Shown piece after piece: positions 1 through 10,415 of a DNA stretch of 64,000 nt. Numbering within the stretch: the stretch's first letter is position 1; each line of letters starts with the position of its first letter. Below the pieces are notes generated by a model that worked only from the letters and a program-made list of their open reading frames with translations, was not told where the DNA came from and ran no database searches. Both the position numbers and the translations under genes were made by a program. Location of the stretch: assembly GCA_965240465.1 (NCBI GenBank), contig OZ251219.1, positions 800,001 through 864,000 of the forward strand. The letters run 5' to 3'. The DNA comes from a bacterium (lineage in GTDB: Bacteria > SAR324 > JACQKK01).

Positions 1-2939
1 AATTATCACTACTTTCAGCTTGTATTTTCGCTCTATTTTTAGCTAGCTGCGGGGGGAGCAGTGGGGATGGCGGTGGGGATGGCAATGGGGATGGCAGTGG
101 GGGTGACAGTGTAGGTGGCAGTGGAGGAGGTGGAGTTGCTGACAAAGACGCCGATAACATACCCGACAGCGAGGATTTGTGCGAAAATAGCCTTGATGAG
201 AACTTCATCAGCAATAGCACCACCGACGACGACAAGGACGGTTGCGAGGACAGTACCGAAGACCAAGATGGTGGTGATGGCAGTGATGAAGATAATGATG
301 GCAAGGTAGGTGATGATGATAAATGTCCGCAGGGTGACACTAATTGGACGAGCGATGGTGACACCGACTACGACAGCGATGGTTGTCGGGATGACAGCCC
401 TGAAGACACTGATGACGACAATGACGAGGTAGACGATGTTAATGCAGAGGGCGAGGAGCTAGACAAATGCCGAAAAAGTCTTGATAAAAACTTCATCAGT
501 AGAACCACCACCGACTACGATTCCGATGGTTGCCAAGATGACAGCATTGAAGACACCGATGACGACAATGACGAGGTCAACGATGTTGATGCAGACGGCA
601 GCGAGCTAGACAAATGCCAAAAAAGTCTTGATAAAGACTTCATCAGCGATGACACCACCGACTACGATTCCGATGGCTGCAAAGATGACAGCCCTGAAGA
701 CACCGATGACGACAATGACGAGGTAGACGATTTTAATGCAGACGGCAGCGAGCTAGACAAATGCCGAAAAAGTCTTGATAAAGACTTCATCAGCAGCACC
801 ACCACCGACTACGATTCCGATGGTTGTCGGGATGCTGGCGAGGACACCGATGACGATAATGACGAGGTAGACGATTTTAATGCAGACGGCAGCGAGCTAG
901 ACAAATGCCGAAAAAGTCTTGATAAAGACTTCATCAGCAGCACCACCACCGACTACGATTCCGATGGTTGTCGGGATGCTGGCGAGGACACCGATGACGA
1001 TAATGACGAGGTCAACGATGTTGATGCAGACGGCAGCGAGCTAGACAAATGCCGAAAAAGTCTTAATAAAGACTTCATCAGCAGCACCACCACCGACTAC
1101 GATTCCGATGGTTGCCAAGATGACAGCACTGAAGACACCGATGACGACAATGACGGGGTAGACGATGTTGATGCAGACGGCAGCGAGCTAGACAAATGCC
1201 GAAAAAGTATTGATAAAAACTTCATCAGCGACGACACCACCGACCACGATTTCGATGGCTGCAAAGATGAAGATCCTTATGGAGAAGACACTGATGACGA
1301 TGATGATGGCAAAGATGATGATAGTGATAGCTGTGCCAAAGGTAACACAGGTTGGCTAAGCACCACTGACGCCATCACTGGCACTGACAAAGATGATGAT
1401 GGTTGCCGAGATGAGGGGGGCGAGGACAAAGATGATGGTGATGGCAGTGATGAAGATAATGATGGCATTTTTGGCACTGACATCAATAGCATTGAGCTTG
1501 ATAAGTGCGAAGACGGCGACAAAGGCTGGACGAGCAATGACCAAACCGACAACGACAGCGATGGTTGTCGGGATGCTGGCGAGGATCCCGATGACGACGA
1601 TGACACCATCCTAGACGTCACTGACGTGGATGACGACAACGACGGTCTAATAGAAATTGCCACTGCTGAGGAGCTAAACAACATCCGCTACGATTTGGAC
1701 GGTAGCCACTATGATGATGGCAGTAATCTATCTGATGTGGGCTGTCCTAGCTCTGGTTGCAATGGCTATGAACTACCCGGGGACATTATTTTAGAGCTTC
1801 CAACTGCCCCTGATACCAGAAATTGGGTACCCGTTGCGGGGGATTTTACCGCTACCTTAGAAGGCAATGGTTTCACCATCAGTAACCTAACCATTCTCAA
1901 TGACTCCATGAACACGGGCTTTCTTGTGGCCTTGGGGGTGGGGGGGACAGTCCAAAACTTGTCCTTTGTGGGAGGTTCAGTTACCAGTAGGAGCTGGGGC
2001 GATAGCGCCAACTTTATAGGGGTTCTGGCAAGCTTAAATCATGGAACAATATCGGGTGTTTCTGCAGGGGTTTCGGTTTCTGCCAATAACGGTCCTTATG
2101 ACAGGGTGGGTGGCTTGGTAGGTTGGAATGCTGGCACAATCCAGAACAGCTATACCACTGGCAAGGTTGATGGCGGTGGTGGCGATAATGATAGGGTAGG
2201 TGGCTTGGTAGGTTCTAATGGTGGCACCATTCAAAATGCCTTTGCCATTGGCTCTGCCATTGGCAATGATGGTGATAATGACGCGGTGGGCGGCTTGGTA
2301 GGTCATAATACTGACACAATCCAGAACAGCTATGCCACTGGCAAGGCTACTGGCGGTGCTGGTAGTAGTGATAGGGTAGGTGGCTTTGTAGGTGTGAATA
2401 GTGGCACAATCCAGAACAGCTATGCCACTGGCAAGGCTACTGGCGGTGCTGGCAATAATGATAGGGTAGGTGGCTTGGTAGGATATGATATTTCTGGAAC
2501 CATCGGTAACAGTTATTCCCTAAGTGCTGTTGATGGAGGGGCTGGTTTTGATAATGTGGGTCGCTTGGTTGGCCATGAAGATGGTAGTGGTAGTATTGCG
2601 AACAGCTATTATGATAAAAATAGTTCTATTGCAAACGGTACTCCATTAGTCTTGGGGATAGGCAAAACCAGCGACCAGCTGAAAACCATCAATCTGGATC
2701 CCCCCCACGATAATCAGGCTGCTTGCGAAGCAGCTGGGGGAACTTGGGATACTGTTAACACCGATCCATGTACTGGCGGAAATCTAGCTGGCTGGAACGC
2801 TTTTGACTGGGAATTCCAAGCTGGCTTCTATCCCACCCTCAAGTCCTACAAGGTGGATTCCAGCGATGCCCAAATCGCAGGCACTCTACTCTGTGGGCAA
2901 TTACCCGTAGCTGACTTCGTTCAGTGTCACACGCCTTAG
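1..2939 (+). CDS. Surface lipoprotein paralog 1 (5' partial): TSP3-like Ca-binding repeat stalk plus GLUG-repeat head
   Basis: The frame is open from position 3 (LSLLSACIFALFLAS-C, lipobox Cys at 48-50) and in frame with ORF 177..2939, so the true start is just outside the window. DxDxDGC/DDDNDxxxD repeats of 144-147 bp, then VGGLVGxNxGTIQNSYATG repeats. Confidence 0.85.
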   Translation, partial: LSLLSACIFALFLASCGGSSGDGGGDGNGDGSGGDSVGGSGGGGVADKDADNIPDSEDLCENSLDENFISNSTTDDDKDGCEDSTEDQDGGDGSDEDNDGKVGDDDKCPQGDTNWTSDGDTDYDSDGCRDDSPEDTDDDNDEVDDVNAEGEELDKCRKSLDKNFISRTTTDYDSDGCQDDSIEDTDDDNDEVNDVDADGSELDKCQKSLDKDFISDDTTDYDSDGCKDDSPEDTDDDNDEVDDFNADGSELDKCRKSLDKDFISSTTTDYDSDGCRDAGEDTDDDNDEVDDFNADGSELDKCRKSLDKDFISSTTTDYDSDGCRDAGEDTDDDNDEVNDVDADGSELDKCRKSLNKDFISSTTTDYDSDGCQDDSTEDTDDDNDGVDDVDADGSELDKCRKSIDKNFISDDTTDHDFDGCKDEDPYGEDTDDDDDGKDDDSDSCAKGNTGWLSTTDAITGTDKDDDGCRDEGGEDKDDGDGSDEDNDGIFGTDINSIELDKCEDGDKGWTSNDQTDNDSDGCRDAGEDPDDDDDTILDVTDVDDDNDGLIEIATAEELNNIRYDLDGSHYDDGSNLSDVGCPSSGCNGYELPGDIILELPTAPDTRNWVPVAGDFTATLEGNGFTISNLTILNDSMNTGFLVALGVGGTVQNLSFVGGSVTSRSWGDSANFIGVLASLNHGTISGVSAGVSVSANNGPYDRVGGLVGWNAGTIQNSYTTGKVDGGGGDNDRVGGLVGSNGGTIQNAFAIGSAIGNDGDNDAVGGLVGHNTDTIQNSYATGKATGGAGSSDRVGGFVGVNSGTIQNSYATGKATGGAGNNDRVGGLVGYDISGTIGNSYSLSAVDGGAGFDNVGRLVGHEDGSGSIANSYYDKNSSIANGTPLVLGIGKTSDQLKTINLDPPHDNQAACEAAGGTWDTVNTDPCTGGNLAGWNAFDWEFQAGFYPTLKSYKVDSSDAQIAGTLLCGQLPVADFVQCHTP

Positions 2940-2953
2940 GAGGACTTTACCTC

Positions 2954-2982
2954 TTGACTCTTGCCTCCTCAGGTGTTACGGT
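2954..2982 (+). promoter_or_regulatory. sigma70-like promoter for paralog 2 (TTGACT-17-TACGGT, extended -10 TG)
   Basis: TTGACT 2954-2959, TG 2974-2975, TACGGT 2977-2982. The arrangement is conserved in the other two spacers. Confidence 0.55.
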
Positions 2983-3022
2983 GGGAGTTGGTACCTTCAG
3001 GCATTCTGACATAGGACTCTCC

Positions 3023-6000
3023 ATGCGAAGATTATCACTACTTTCGGCTTGTATTTTCGCTCTATTTCTAGCTAGCTGCGGGGGGAGCGGGGGAGGTGGA
3101 GGAGGCGGGGGGCCTGCTGATGCCGATTCCGATGGCGTCCCCGACAGCAAGGATCTGTGCGAAAATAGCCTTGACGATAACTTCATCAGCGACGACACCA
3201 CCGACGCCGACAGGGACGGTTGCAAGGACAGCACCGAAGACCAAGATGGTGGTGATGGCAGTGACGAAGATAATGATGGCAAGGTAGGTGATGATGATAA
3301 ATGTCCGCAGGGTGACACTAATTGGACGAGCGATGGTGACACCGACTACGACAGCGATGGTTGTCGGGATGACAGCCCTGAAGACACTGATGACGACAAT
3401 GACAAGGTAGACGATGTTAATGCAGAGGGCGAGGAGCTAGACAAATGCCGAAAAGGCAATTTCTTCACCAGCGACAACACCACCGACTACGATTCCGATG
3501 GTTGCCAAGATGACAGCCCTGAAGACACCGATGACGACAATGATAGCGTGCTTGATGCTAGTGATAGCTGTGCCAAAGGTAACACAGGTTGGCTCAGCAC
3601 CACTGGCACTGACAAAGATAATGATGGTTGTCGGGATGCTAGCGAGGACAAAGATGGTGGTGATGGCACTGATGACGACAATGATAGCGTGCTTGATGTT
3701 AATGATAGCTGTCCCGAAGGTAACACAAATTGGCTCAGCACCACCGACGCCACCACTGGCACTGACAAAGATGATGATGGTTGTCAGGATGCTACCAGCG
3801 AGGACCGAGATGGTGGTAATGGCACTGATGACGACAATGATGGCAAAGCTGATGTTGATGATAGCTGTCCCGAAGGTAACACAAATTGGCTCAGCACCAC
3901 CGACGCCACCACTGGCACTGACAAAGATGATGATGGTTGTCAGGATGCTACCAGCGAGGACCGAGATGGTGGTAATGGCACTGATGACGACAATGATAGC
4001 GTGCTTGATGTTAATGATAGCTGTCCCGAAGGTAACACAAATTGGCTCAGCACCACCGACGCCACCACTGGCACTGACAAAGATGATGATGGTTGTCAGG
4101 ATGCTACCAGCGAGGACCGAGATGGTGGTAATGGCACTGATGACGACAATGATAGCGTGCTTGATGTTAATGATAGCTGTCCCGAAGGTAACACAAATTG
4201 GCTCAGCACCACCGACGCCACCACTGGCACTGATAAAGATAATGATGGTTGTCAGGATGCTACTAGCGAGGACCGAGATGATGGTGATGGCACCGATGAC
4301 GACAATGATGGCAAAGCTGATGCTGATGACAGCTGTCCCGAAGGTAACACAAATTGGCTCAGCACCACTGACGCCACCACTGGCACTGACAAAGATGATG
4401 ATGGTTGTCAGGATGCTACTAGCGAGGACCGAGATGATGGTGATGGCACTGATGACGACAATGATGGCAAAGCTGATGTTGAGGATAACTGTCCCGAAGG
4501 TAACACAAATTGGCTCAGCACCACTGGCACTGACGCCACCGACCGTGATTCCGATGGTTGCCGAGATGAGGGGGGCGAGGACCAAGATGGTGGTGATGGC
4601 ACTGATGACGACAATGATGGCAAAGCTGATGTTGATGATAGCTGTCCCGAAGGTAACACAAATTGGCTCAGCACCACTGACGCCACCACTGGCACTGACA
4701 AAGATGATGATGGTTGTCAGGATGCTACTAGCGAGGACCGAGATGATGGTGATGGCACTGATGACGACAATGATGGCAAAGCTGATGTTGATGATAGCTG
4801 TCCCGAAGGTAACATAAATTGGCTCAGCACCACTGGCACTGACAAAGATGATGATGGTTGTCAGGATGCTGGCGAGGATACCGATGGTGGTGATGGCACT
4901 GATGAAGATAATGATGGTATTTCTGGCACTGACGCCAATAGCATTGAGCTTGATAAGTGCGAAGACGGCGACAAAGGCTGGACGAGCAATGACCAAACCG
5001 ACAACGACAGCGATGGTTGTCGGGATGCTGGCGAGGATCCCGATGACGACAATGACACCATCCTAGACGTCACTGACGTGGATGACGACAACAACGGTCT
5101 AATAGAAATTGCCACTGCTGAGGAGCTAAACAACATCCGCCACGATCTGGACGGTAGCCACTATGATGATGGCAGTAATCCATCTGATGTGGGCTGTCCT
5201 ACTACTAATCCCGTAGGTTGCAAGGGCTATGAACTAACTCAGGACATCAGATTAGCAGATCTAACTGGCTCTGACACTAGCAACTGGGATCCCGTTGGTA
5301 ACTATGGCTATCCTTTTACCGCTACCTTAGAAGGCAATGGTTTCACCATCAGAAACCTAACCATTAGCAATGGCTCTAACTACACGGGCTTTTTTGGGGC
5401 CCTGGGGGGGACAGTCCAAAACTTGTCCTTTGTAGGAGGTTCAGTTACCAATACGTACGGGGGGGGTATCAGCTATACAGGGGTTCTGGCAGGTTATAAT
5501 TATGGAACAATATCGGGTGTTGCTACTGAGCTCTTGGTATCTGTCAGCCTAGGTTCCTATGGCGAGGTGGGCGGCTTGGTAGGTAATAATGGTGCACATC
5601 ATAGTAATAGTGGTGCAGCCCTCATCCAAAATAGCTCTGCCACTGGCAATGTTAATGGCGGTGGTGGTAATGACAAAGTAGGTGGTTTGGTAGGTTATAA
5701 TAAGACTGGCACCATTCAAAATGGCTCTGCCACTGGCAAGGTTGATGGTGGTGATGGTGATAATGACAAGGTGGGTGGCTTGGTGGGTAATAATACTGGC
5801 ACCATTCAAAATAGCTCTGCCACTGGCAAGACCGATGGCGGTGCTGGTGATGATGATAGGGTGGGTGGCTTGGTAGGTTGGAATGCTGGTGGCACCATTC
5901 AAAATAGCTCTGCCACTGGCAAGACCGATGGTGGTGATGGTGATGATGACAAGGTGGGTGGCTTGGTAGGTTGGAATGCTGGTGGTGGCACCATTCAAAA

Positions 6001-6613
6001 TAGCTCTGCCACTGGCAAGGTTGCTGGTGGTGCTGGTGATAATGACAAGGTGGGTGGCTTGGTAGGTTGGAATGCTGGCACCATCGGTGATAGCTATGCC
6101 ACTGGCTCTGCCACTGGCGGTGCTGGTGATGATGATAAGGTAGGTGGCTTGGTAGGAGATTATGTTTCTGGAACCATCGGTAACAGTTATTCCCTAAGTG
6201 CTGTTGATGGAGGGGATGGTGGTTCGGATAATGTGGGTCGCTTGGTTGGCAATAGAGATGGTAGTGGTAGTATTGCGAGCAGCTATTATGATAAAAATAG
6301 TTCTATTGCAAACGGTACTCCATTAGTCTTGGGGATAGGCAAAACCAAAGCCCAGCTGAAAGCCATCAATCTGGATCCCCCCGATAATCAGGATGGTTGC
6401 GAAGCAGCTGGGGGAACTTGGGATGCTGCTACCACCTATACATGTACTGGCGGGAATCTAGCTGGCTGGAACGCTTTCAACTGGGAATTCCAAGCTGGCT
6501 TCTATCCCACCCTCAAGTCCTACAAGGTGGATTCCAGCAATGCCCAAATCGCAGGCACTCTACTCTGTGGGCAATTACCCGTAGCTGACTTCGTTCAGTG
6601 TCCTACGCCTTAG
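3023..6613 (+). CDS. Surface lipoprotein paralog 2: TSP3-like stalk plus GLUG-repeat head
   Basis: ATG at 3023 after AGGA gives MRRLSLLSACIFALFLAS-C (lipobox). 156-bp stalk repeats, GLUG repeats, tail YPTLKSY...LLCGQLP...DFVQC. Confidence 0.85.
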   Translation: MRRLSLLSACIFALFLASCGGSGGGGGGGGPADADSDGVPDSKDLCENSLDDNFISDDTTDADRDGCKDSTEDQDGGDGSDEDNDGKVGDDDKCPQGDTNWTSDGDTDYDSDGCRDDSPEDTDDDNDKVDDVNAEGEELDKCRKGNFFTSDNTTDYDSDGCQDDSPEDTDDDNDSVLDASDSCAKGNTGWLSTTGTDKDNDGCRDASEDKDGGDGTDDDNDSVLDVNDSCPEGNTNWLSTTDATTGTDKDDDGCQDATSEDRDGGNGTDDDNDGKADVDDSCPEGNTNWLSTTDATTGTDKDDDGCQDATSEDRDGGNGTDDDNDSVLDVNDSCPEGNTNWLSTTDATTGTDKDDDGCQDATSEDRDGGNGTDDDNDSVLDVNDSCPEGNTNWLSTTDATTGTDKDNDGCQDATSEDRDDGDGTDDDNDGKADADDSCPEGNTNWLSTTDATTGTDKDDDGCQDATSEDRDDGDGTDDDNDGKADVEDNCPEGNTNWLSTTGTDATDRDSDGCRDEGGEDQDGGDGTDDDNDGKADVDDSCPEGNTNWLSTTDATTGTDKDDDGCQDATSEDRDDGDGTDDDNDGKADVDDSCPEGNINWLSTTGTDKDDDGCQDAGEDTDGGDGTDEDNDGISGTDANSIELDKCEDGDKGWTSNDQTDNDSDGCRDAGEDPDDDNDTILDVTDVDDDNNGLIEIATAEELNNIRHDLDGSHYDDGSNPSDVGCPTTNPVGCKGYELTQDIRLADLTGSDTSNWDPVGNYGYPFTATLEGNGFTIRNLTISNGSNYTGFFGALGGTVQNLSFVGGSVTNTYGGGISYTGVLAGYNYGTISGVATELLVSVSLGSYGEVGGLVGNNGAHHSNSGAALIQNSSATGNVNGGGGNDKVGGLVGYNKTGTIQNGSATGKVDGGDGDNDKVGGLVGNNTGTIQNSSATGKTDGGAGDDDRVGGLVGWNAGGTIQNSSATGKTDGGDGDDDKVGGLVGWNAGGGTIQNSSATGKVAGGAGDNDKVGGLVGWNAGTIGDSYATGSATGGAGDDDKVGGLVGDYVSGTIGNSYSLSAVDGGDGGSDNVGRLVGNRDGSGSIASSYYDKNSSIANGTPLVLGIGKTKAQLKAINLDPPDNQDGCEAAGGTWDAATTYTCTGGNLAGWNAFNWEFQAGFYPTLKSYKVDSSNAQIAGTLLCGQLPVADFVQCPTP

Positions 6614-6628
6614 GATGTACTTTACCTC

Positions 6629-6658
6629 TTGACTTCTTGCCTCTTTGGGTGCTACCTT
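6629..6658 (+). promoter_or_regulatory. sigma70-like promoter for paralog 3 (TTGACT-18-TACCTT, extended -10 TG)
   Basis: TTGACT 6629-6634, TG 6650-6651, TACCTT 6653-6658. Confidence 0.55.
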
Positions 6659-6698
6659 AGGGGCTGGCACTTTCAGGCATTCTGACATAGGACTTTCC

Positions 6699-9600
6699 AT
6701 GCAAAGATTATCACTACTTTCGGCTTGTATTTTCGCTCTATTTCTAGCTAGCTGCGGGGGGAGCAGTGGGGGTGGAGGAGGTGGAGTTGCTGACAAAGAC
6801 GGCGATGGCGTCCCCGACAGCAAGGATCTGTGTGAAAATAGCCTTAACGATAACTTCATCAGCAGTAGCACCACCGACGCCGACAGGGACGGTTGCAAGG
6901 ACAGCACCGAAGACCAAGATGGTGGTGATGGCAGTGACGAAGATAATGATGGCAAGGTAGGTGATGATGATAAATGTCCGCAGGGTGACACTAATTGGAC
7001 GAGCGATGGTGACACCGACTACGACAGCGATGGTTGTCGGGATGCTGGCGAGGATACCGATGACGACAATGACGAGGTAGACGATGTTAATGCAGAGGGC
7101 GAGGAGCTAGACAAATGCCGAAAAGGCAATTTCTTCATCAGCGACGACACCACCGACTACGATTCCGATGGTTGCCAAGATGACAGCCCTGAAGACACCG
7201 ATGACGACAATGATAGCGTGCTTGATGCTAGTGATAGCTGTGCCAAAGGTAACACAGGTTGGCTCAGCACCACTGACACCACCACTGGCACTGACAAAGA
7301 TAATGATGGTTGTCAGGATGCTACCAGCGAGGACCGAGATGGTGGTGATGGCACTGATGACGACAATGATGGCAAAGCTGATGTTAATGATAGCTGTCCC
7401 GAAGGTAACACAAATTGGCTCAGCACCACCGACGCCACCACTGGCACTGACAAAGATGATGATGGTTGTCGGGATGCTAGCGAGGACCAAGATGGTGGTA
7501 ATGGCACTGATGACGACAATGATAGCGTGCTTGATGTTAATGATAGCTGTCCCGAAGGTAACACAAATTGGCTCAGCACCACCGACGCCACCACTGGCAC
7601 TGACAAAGATAATGATGGTTGCCGAGATGAAGGGGGCGAGGACCGAGATGATGGTGATGGCACCGATGACGACAATGATAGCGTGCTTGATGTTAATGAT
7701 AGCTGTCCCGAAGGTAACACAAATTGGCTCAGCACCACCGACGCCACCACTGGCACTGACAAAGATGATGATGGTTGTCGGGATGCTAGCGAGGACCGAG
7801 ATGGTGGTAATGGCACTGATGACGACAATGATAGCGTGCTTGATGTTAATGATAGCTGTCCCGAAGGTAACACAAATTGGCTCAGCACCACCGACGCCAC
7901 CACTGGCACTGACAAAGATAATGATGGTTGCCGAGATGAAGGGGGCGAGGACCGAGATGATGGTGATGGCACCGATGACGACAATGATAGCGTGCTTGAT
8001 GTTAATGATAGCTGTCCCGAAGGTAACACAAATTGGCTCAGCACCACCGACGCCACCACTGGCACTGACAAAGATGATGATGGTTGTCGGGATGCTAGCG
8101 AGGACACCGATGGTGGTGATGGCACTGATGAAGATAATGATGGTATTTCTGGCACTGACATCAATAGTGCTGAGCTTGATAAGTGCGAGAACGGCGACAA
8201 AGGCTGGACGAGCGGAAGTGACACCGACTATGATTCCGATGGTTGTCGGGATGCTGGCGAGGATACCGATGACGACAATGACGAGGTAGACGATGTTAAT
8301 GCAGACGACAGCGAGCTAGACGAATGCCCCAAAGGCAATTTCTTCATCAGCGACGACACCACCGACTACGATTCCGATGGTTGCCAAGATGACAGCACTG
8401 AAGACACTGATGACGACAATGACGAGGTAGACGATTTTAATGCAGACGGCAGCGAGCTAGACAAATGCCGAAAAAGTCTTGATAAAGACTTCATCAGCAA
8501 CGACACCACCGACTACGATTCCGATGGTTGCCAAGATGACAGCACTGAAGACACTGATGGCGACAATGATAGCGTGCTTGATGTTAATGATAGCTGTCCC
8601 AGAGGTGACAAAGGTTGGACCAGCACCACTGGCACTGACAAAGATGATGATGGTTGTCAGGATGCTACTAGCGAGGACCAAGATGGTGGTGATGGCACTG
8701 ATGAAGATAATGATGGTATTTCTGGCACTGACATCAATAGTGCTGAGCTTGATAAGTGCGAGAACGGCGACAAAGGCTGGACAAGCAATGACCAAACCGA
8801 CAACGACAGCGATGGTTGTCGGGATGCTGGCGAGGATACCGATGACGACAATGACACCATCCTAGACGTCACTGACGTGGATGACGACAACAACGGTCTA
8901 ATAGAAATTGCCACTGCTGAGGAGCTAATCAACATCCGCCACGATCTGGACGGCACTCACTATAATGATGGCAGTAATTCATCTGATGTGGGCTGTCCTA
9001 CTACTAATCCCGTAGGTTGCAATGGCTATGAACTAACTCAGGACATCAGATTAGCAGATCTAACTGGCTCTGACACTAGCAACTGGGATACCATTGGTAA
9101 CTATGACTATCCTTTTACCGCTACCTTAGAAGGCAATGGTTTCACCATCAGAAACCTAACCATTAGCAATGGCTCCCAGTTCACGGGCTTTTTTGGGGCC
9201 CTGGGGGGGACAGTCCAAAACTTGTCCTTTGTAGAAGGTTCAGTTACCAGTACGCACGTGGGGAGTACCAGCTATATAGGGGTTCTGGCAGGTTATAATT
9301 ATGGAACAATATCGGGTGTTGCTACTGAGCTCTTGGTATCTGCCAGCCCAGGTTCCTCTGGTGATGTGGGCGGCTTGGTAGGTAATAATGGTGCACATCA
9401 TAGTAATAGTGGTGCAGTCCTCATCCGAAATAGTTCTGCCACTGGCAATGTTAATGGCGGTGCTAGTAATGACAAAGTAGGTGGCTTGGTAGGTTATAAT
9501 AATACTGGCACCATTCAAAATAGCTCTGCCACTGGCAAGGTTGATGGCGGTGATGGTAATAGGGATAGGGTGGGTGGCTTGGTAGGTCAAAATGATGCTG

Positions 9601-10331
9601 GCACCATTCAAAATAGCTCTGCCACTGGCAAGGTTGATGGCGGTGATGGTACTTATGACAAGGTAGGTGGTTTGGTAGGTAGGAATACTGGCACCATTCA
9701 AAATGGCTCTGCCACTGGCAAGACCGATGGCGGTGCTGGTGATAGTGATAGTGTGGGTGGCTTGGTAGGTGAAAATGCTAGTGGCACCATTCAAAACAGC
9801 TATGCTACTGGCTCTGCCACTGGCGGTACTGATGATGGTGACAGGGTAGGTGGCTTGGTAGGTTATAATAATACTGGCACCATCGGTAACAGTTATTCCC
9901 TAGGTGCTATTGATGGAGGGGCTGGAATCCATGATAGGGTGGATCGCTTGGTTGGCTATAGAGATGGTAGAGGTAGTATTGTGAACAGCTATTATGATAA
10001 GAATAGTTCTATTGCAAACGGTACTCTATTAGTCTTGGGGATAGGCAAAACCAAAGCTCAGCTGAAAGCCATCAATCTGGATCCCCCCGATAATCAGGCT
10101 GCTTGCGAAGCAGCTGGCGGAACTTGGGATGACACTGCATCATCATGTACTGACGGGAACCTAGCTGGCTGGAACGCTTTCAACTGGGAATTCCAAGCTG
10201 GCTTCTATCCCACCCTCAAGTCTTATACAGAAGATACTGATGCCAGTGGCAACCTTATCCAAATTGATGGCACTCTACTCTGCGGGCAATTACCCGAATC
10301 TGACTTTGTTCAGTGTACTCCTACGCCTTAG
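6699..10331 (+). CDS. Surface lipoprotein paralog 3: TSP3-like stalk plus GLUG-repeat head
   Basis: ATG at 6699 after AGGA gives MQRLSLLSACIFALFLAS-C. Same architecture; the stalk mixes the repeat types of paralogs 1 and 2. Confidence 0.85.
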   Translation: MQRLSLLSACIFALFLASCGGSSGGGGGGVADKDGDGVPDSKDLCENSLNDNFISSSTTDADRDGCKDSTEDQDGGDGSDEDNDGKVGDDDKCPQGDTNWTSDGDTDYDSDGCRDAGEDTDDDNDEVDDVNAEGEELDKCRKGNFFISDDTTDYDSDGCQDDSPEDTDDDNDSVLDASDSCAKGNTGWLSTTDTTTGTDKDNDGCQDATSEDRDGGDGTDDDNDGKADVNDSCPEGNTNWLSTTDATTGTDKDDDGCRDASEDQDGGNGTDDDNDSVLDVNDSCPEGNTNWLSTTDATTGTDKDNDGCRDEGGEDRDDGDGTDDDNDSVLDVNDSCPEGNTNWLSTTDATTGTDKDDDGCRDASEDRDGGNGTDDDNDSVLDVNDSCPEGNTNWLSTTDATTGTDKDNDGCRDEGGEDRDDGDGTDDDNDSVLDVNDSCPEGNTNWLSTTDATTGTDKDDDGCRDASEDTDGGDGTDEDNDGISGTDINSAELDKCENGDKGWTSGSDTDYDSDGCRDAGEDTDDDNDEVDDVNADDSELDECPKGNFFISDDTTDYDSDGCQDDSTEDTDDDNDEVDDFNADGSELDKCRKSLDKDFISNDTTDYDSDGCQDDSTEDTDGDNDSVLDVNDSCPRGDKGWTSTTGTDKDDDGCQDATSEDQDGGDGTDEDNDGISGTDINSAELDKCENGDKGWTSNDQTDNDSDGCRDAGEDTDDDNDTILDVTDVDDDNNGLIEIATAEELINIRHDLDGTHYNDGSNSSDVGCPTTNPVGCNGYELTQDIRLADLTGSDTSNWDTIGNYDYPFTATLEGNGFTIRNLTISNGSQFTGFFGALGGTVQNLSFVEGSVTSTHVGSTSYIGVLAGYNYGTISGVATELLVSASPGSSGDVGGLVGNNGAHHSNSGAVLIRNSSATGNVNGGASNDKVGGLVGYNNTGTIQNSSATGKVDGGDGNRDRVGGLVGQNDAGTIQNSSATGKVDGGDGTYDKVGGLVGRNTGTIQNGSATGKTDGGAGDSDSVGGLVGENASGTIQNSYATGSATGGTDDGDRVGGLVGYNNTGTIGNSYSLGAIDGGAGIHDRVDRLVGYRDGRGSIVNSYYDKNSSIANGTLLVLGIGKTKAQLKAINLDPPDNQAACEAAGGTWDDTASSCTDGNLAGWNAFNWEFQAGFYPTLKSYTEDTDASGNLIQIDGTLLCGQLPESDFVQCTPTP

Positions 10332-10346
10332 GATGGACTTTACCTC

Positions 10347-10375
10347 TTGACTCTTGCCTCCTCGGGTGTTACGGT
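10347..10375 (+). promoter_or_regulatory. sigma70-like promoter for paralog 4 (TTGACT-17-TACGGT, extended -10 TG)
   Basis: TTGACT 10347-10352, TG 10367-10368, TACGGT 10370-10375. Confidence 0.55.
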
Positions 10376-10415
10376 GAGGGTTGGCACTTTCGGGCATTCT
10401 GACATAGGGCTTTCC

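Noticed and set aside
5404-5466. G7/G8 runs in paralog 2 as phase-variation switches
   Set aside because: The runs are short, in frame and encode Gly in a Gly-rich protein; there is no evidence without reads.
3437-8289. Long alternative-frame and antisense ORFs over the stalks (3437..4996 -, 3498..4817 +, 7168..8289 +, 7313..8224 -)
   Set aside because: Shadow frames of GAT/GAC-rich tandem repeats, with low-complexity translations and no independent gene signals.
2924-10415. ORF-track starts at 2924, 6645 and 10347
   Set aside because: They run through the spacer or the previous gene. RBS and signal peptide support 3023, 6699 and 10416.
2940-10415. Spacers as integron attC sites
   Set aside because: No RYYYAAC/GTTRRRY core pair at the hairpin ends and no integrase in the window.
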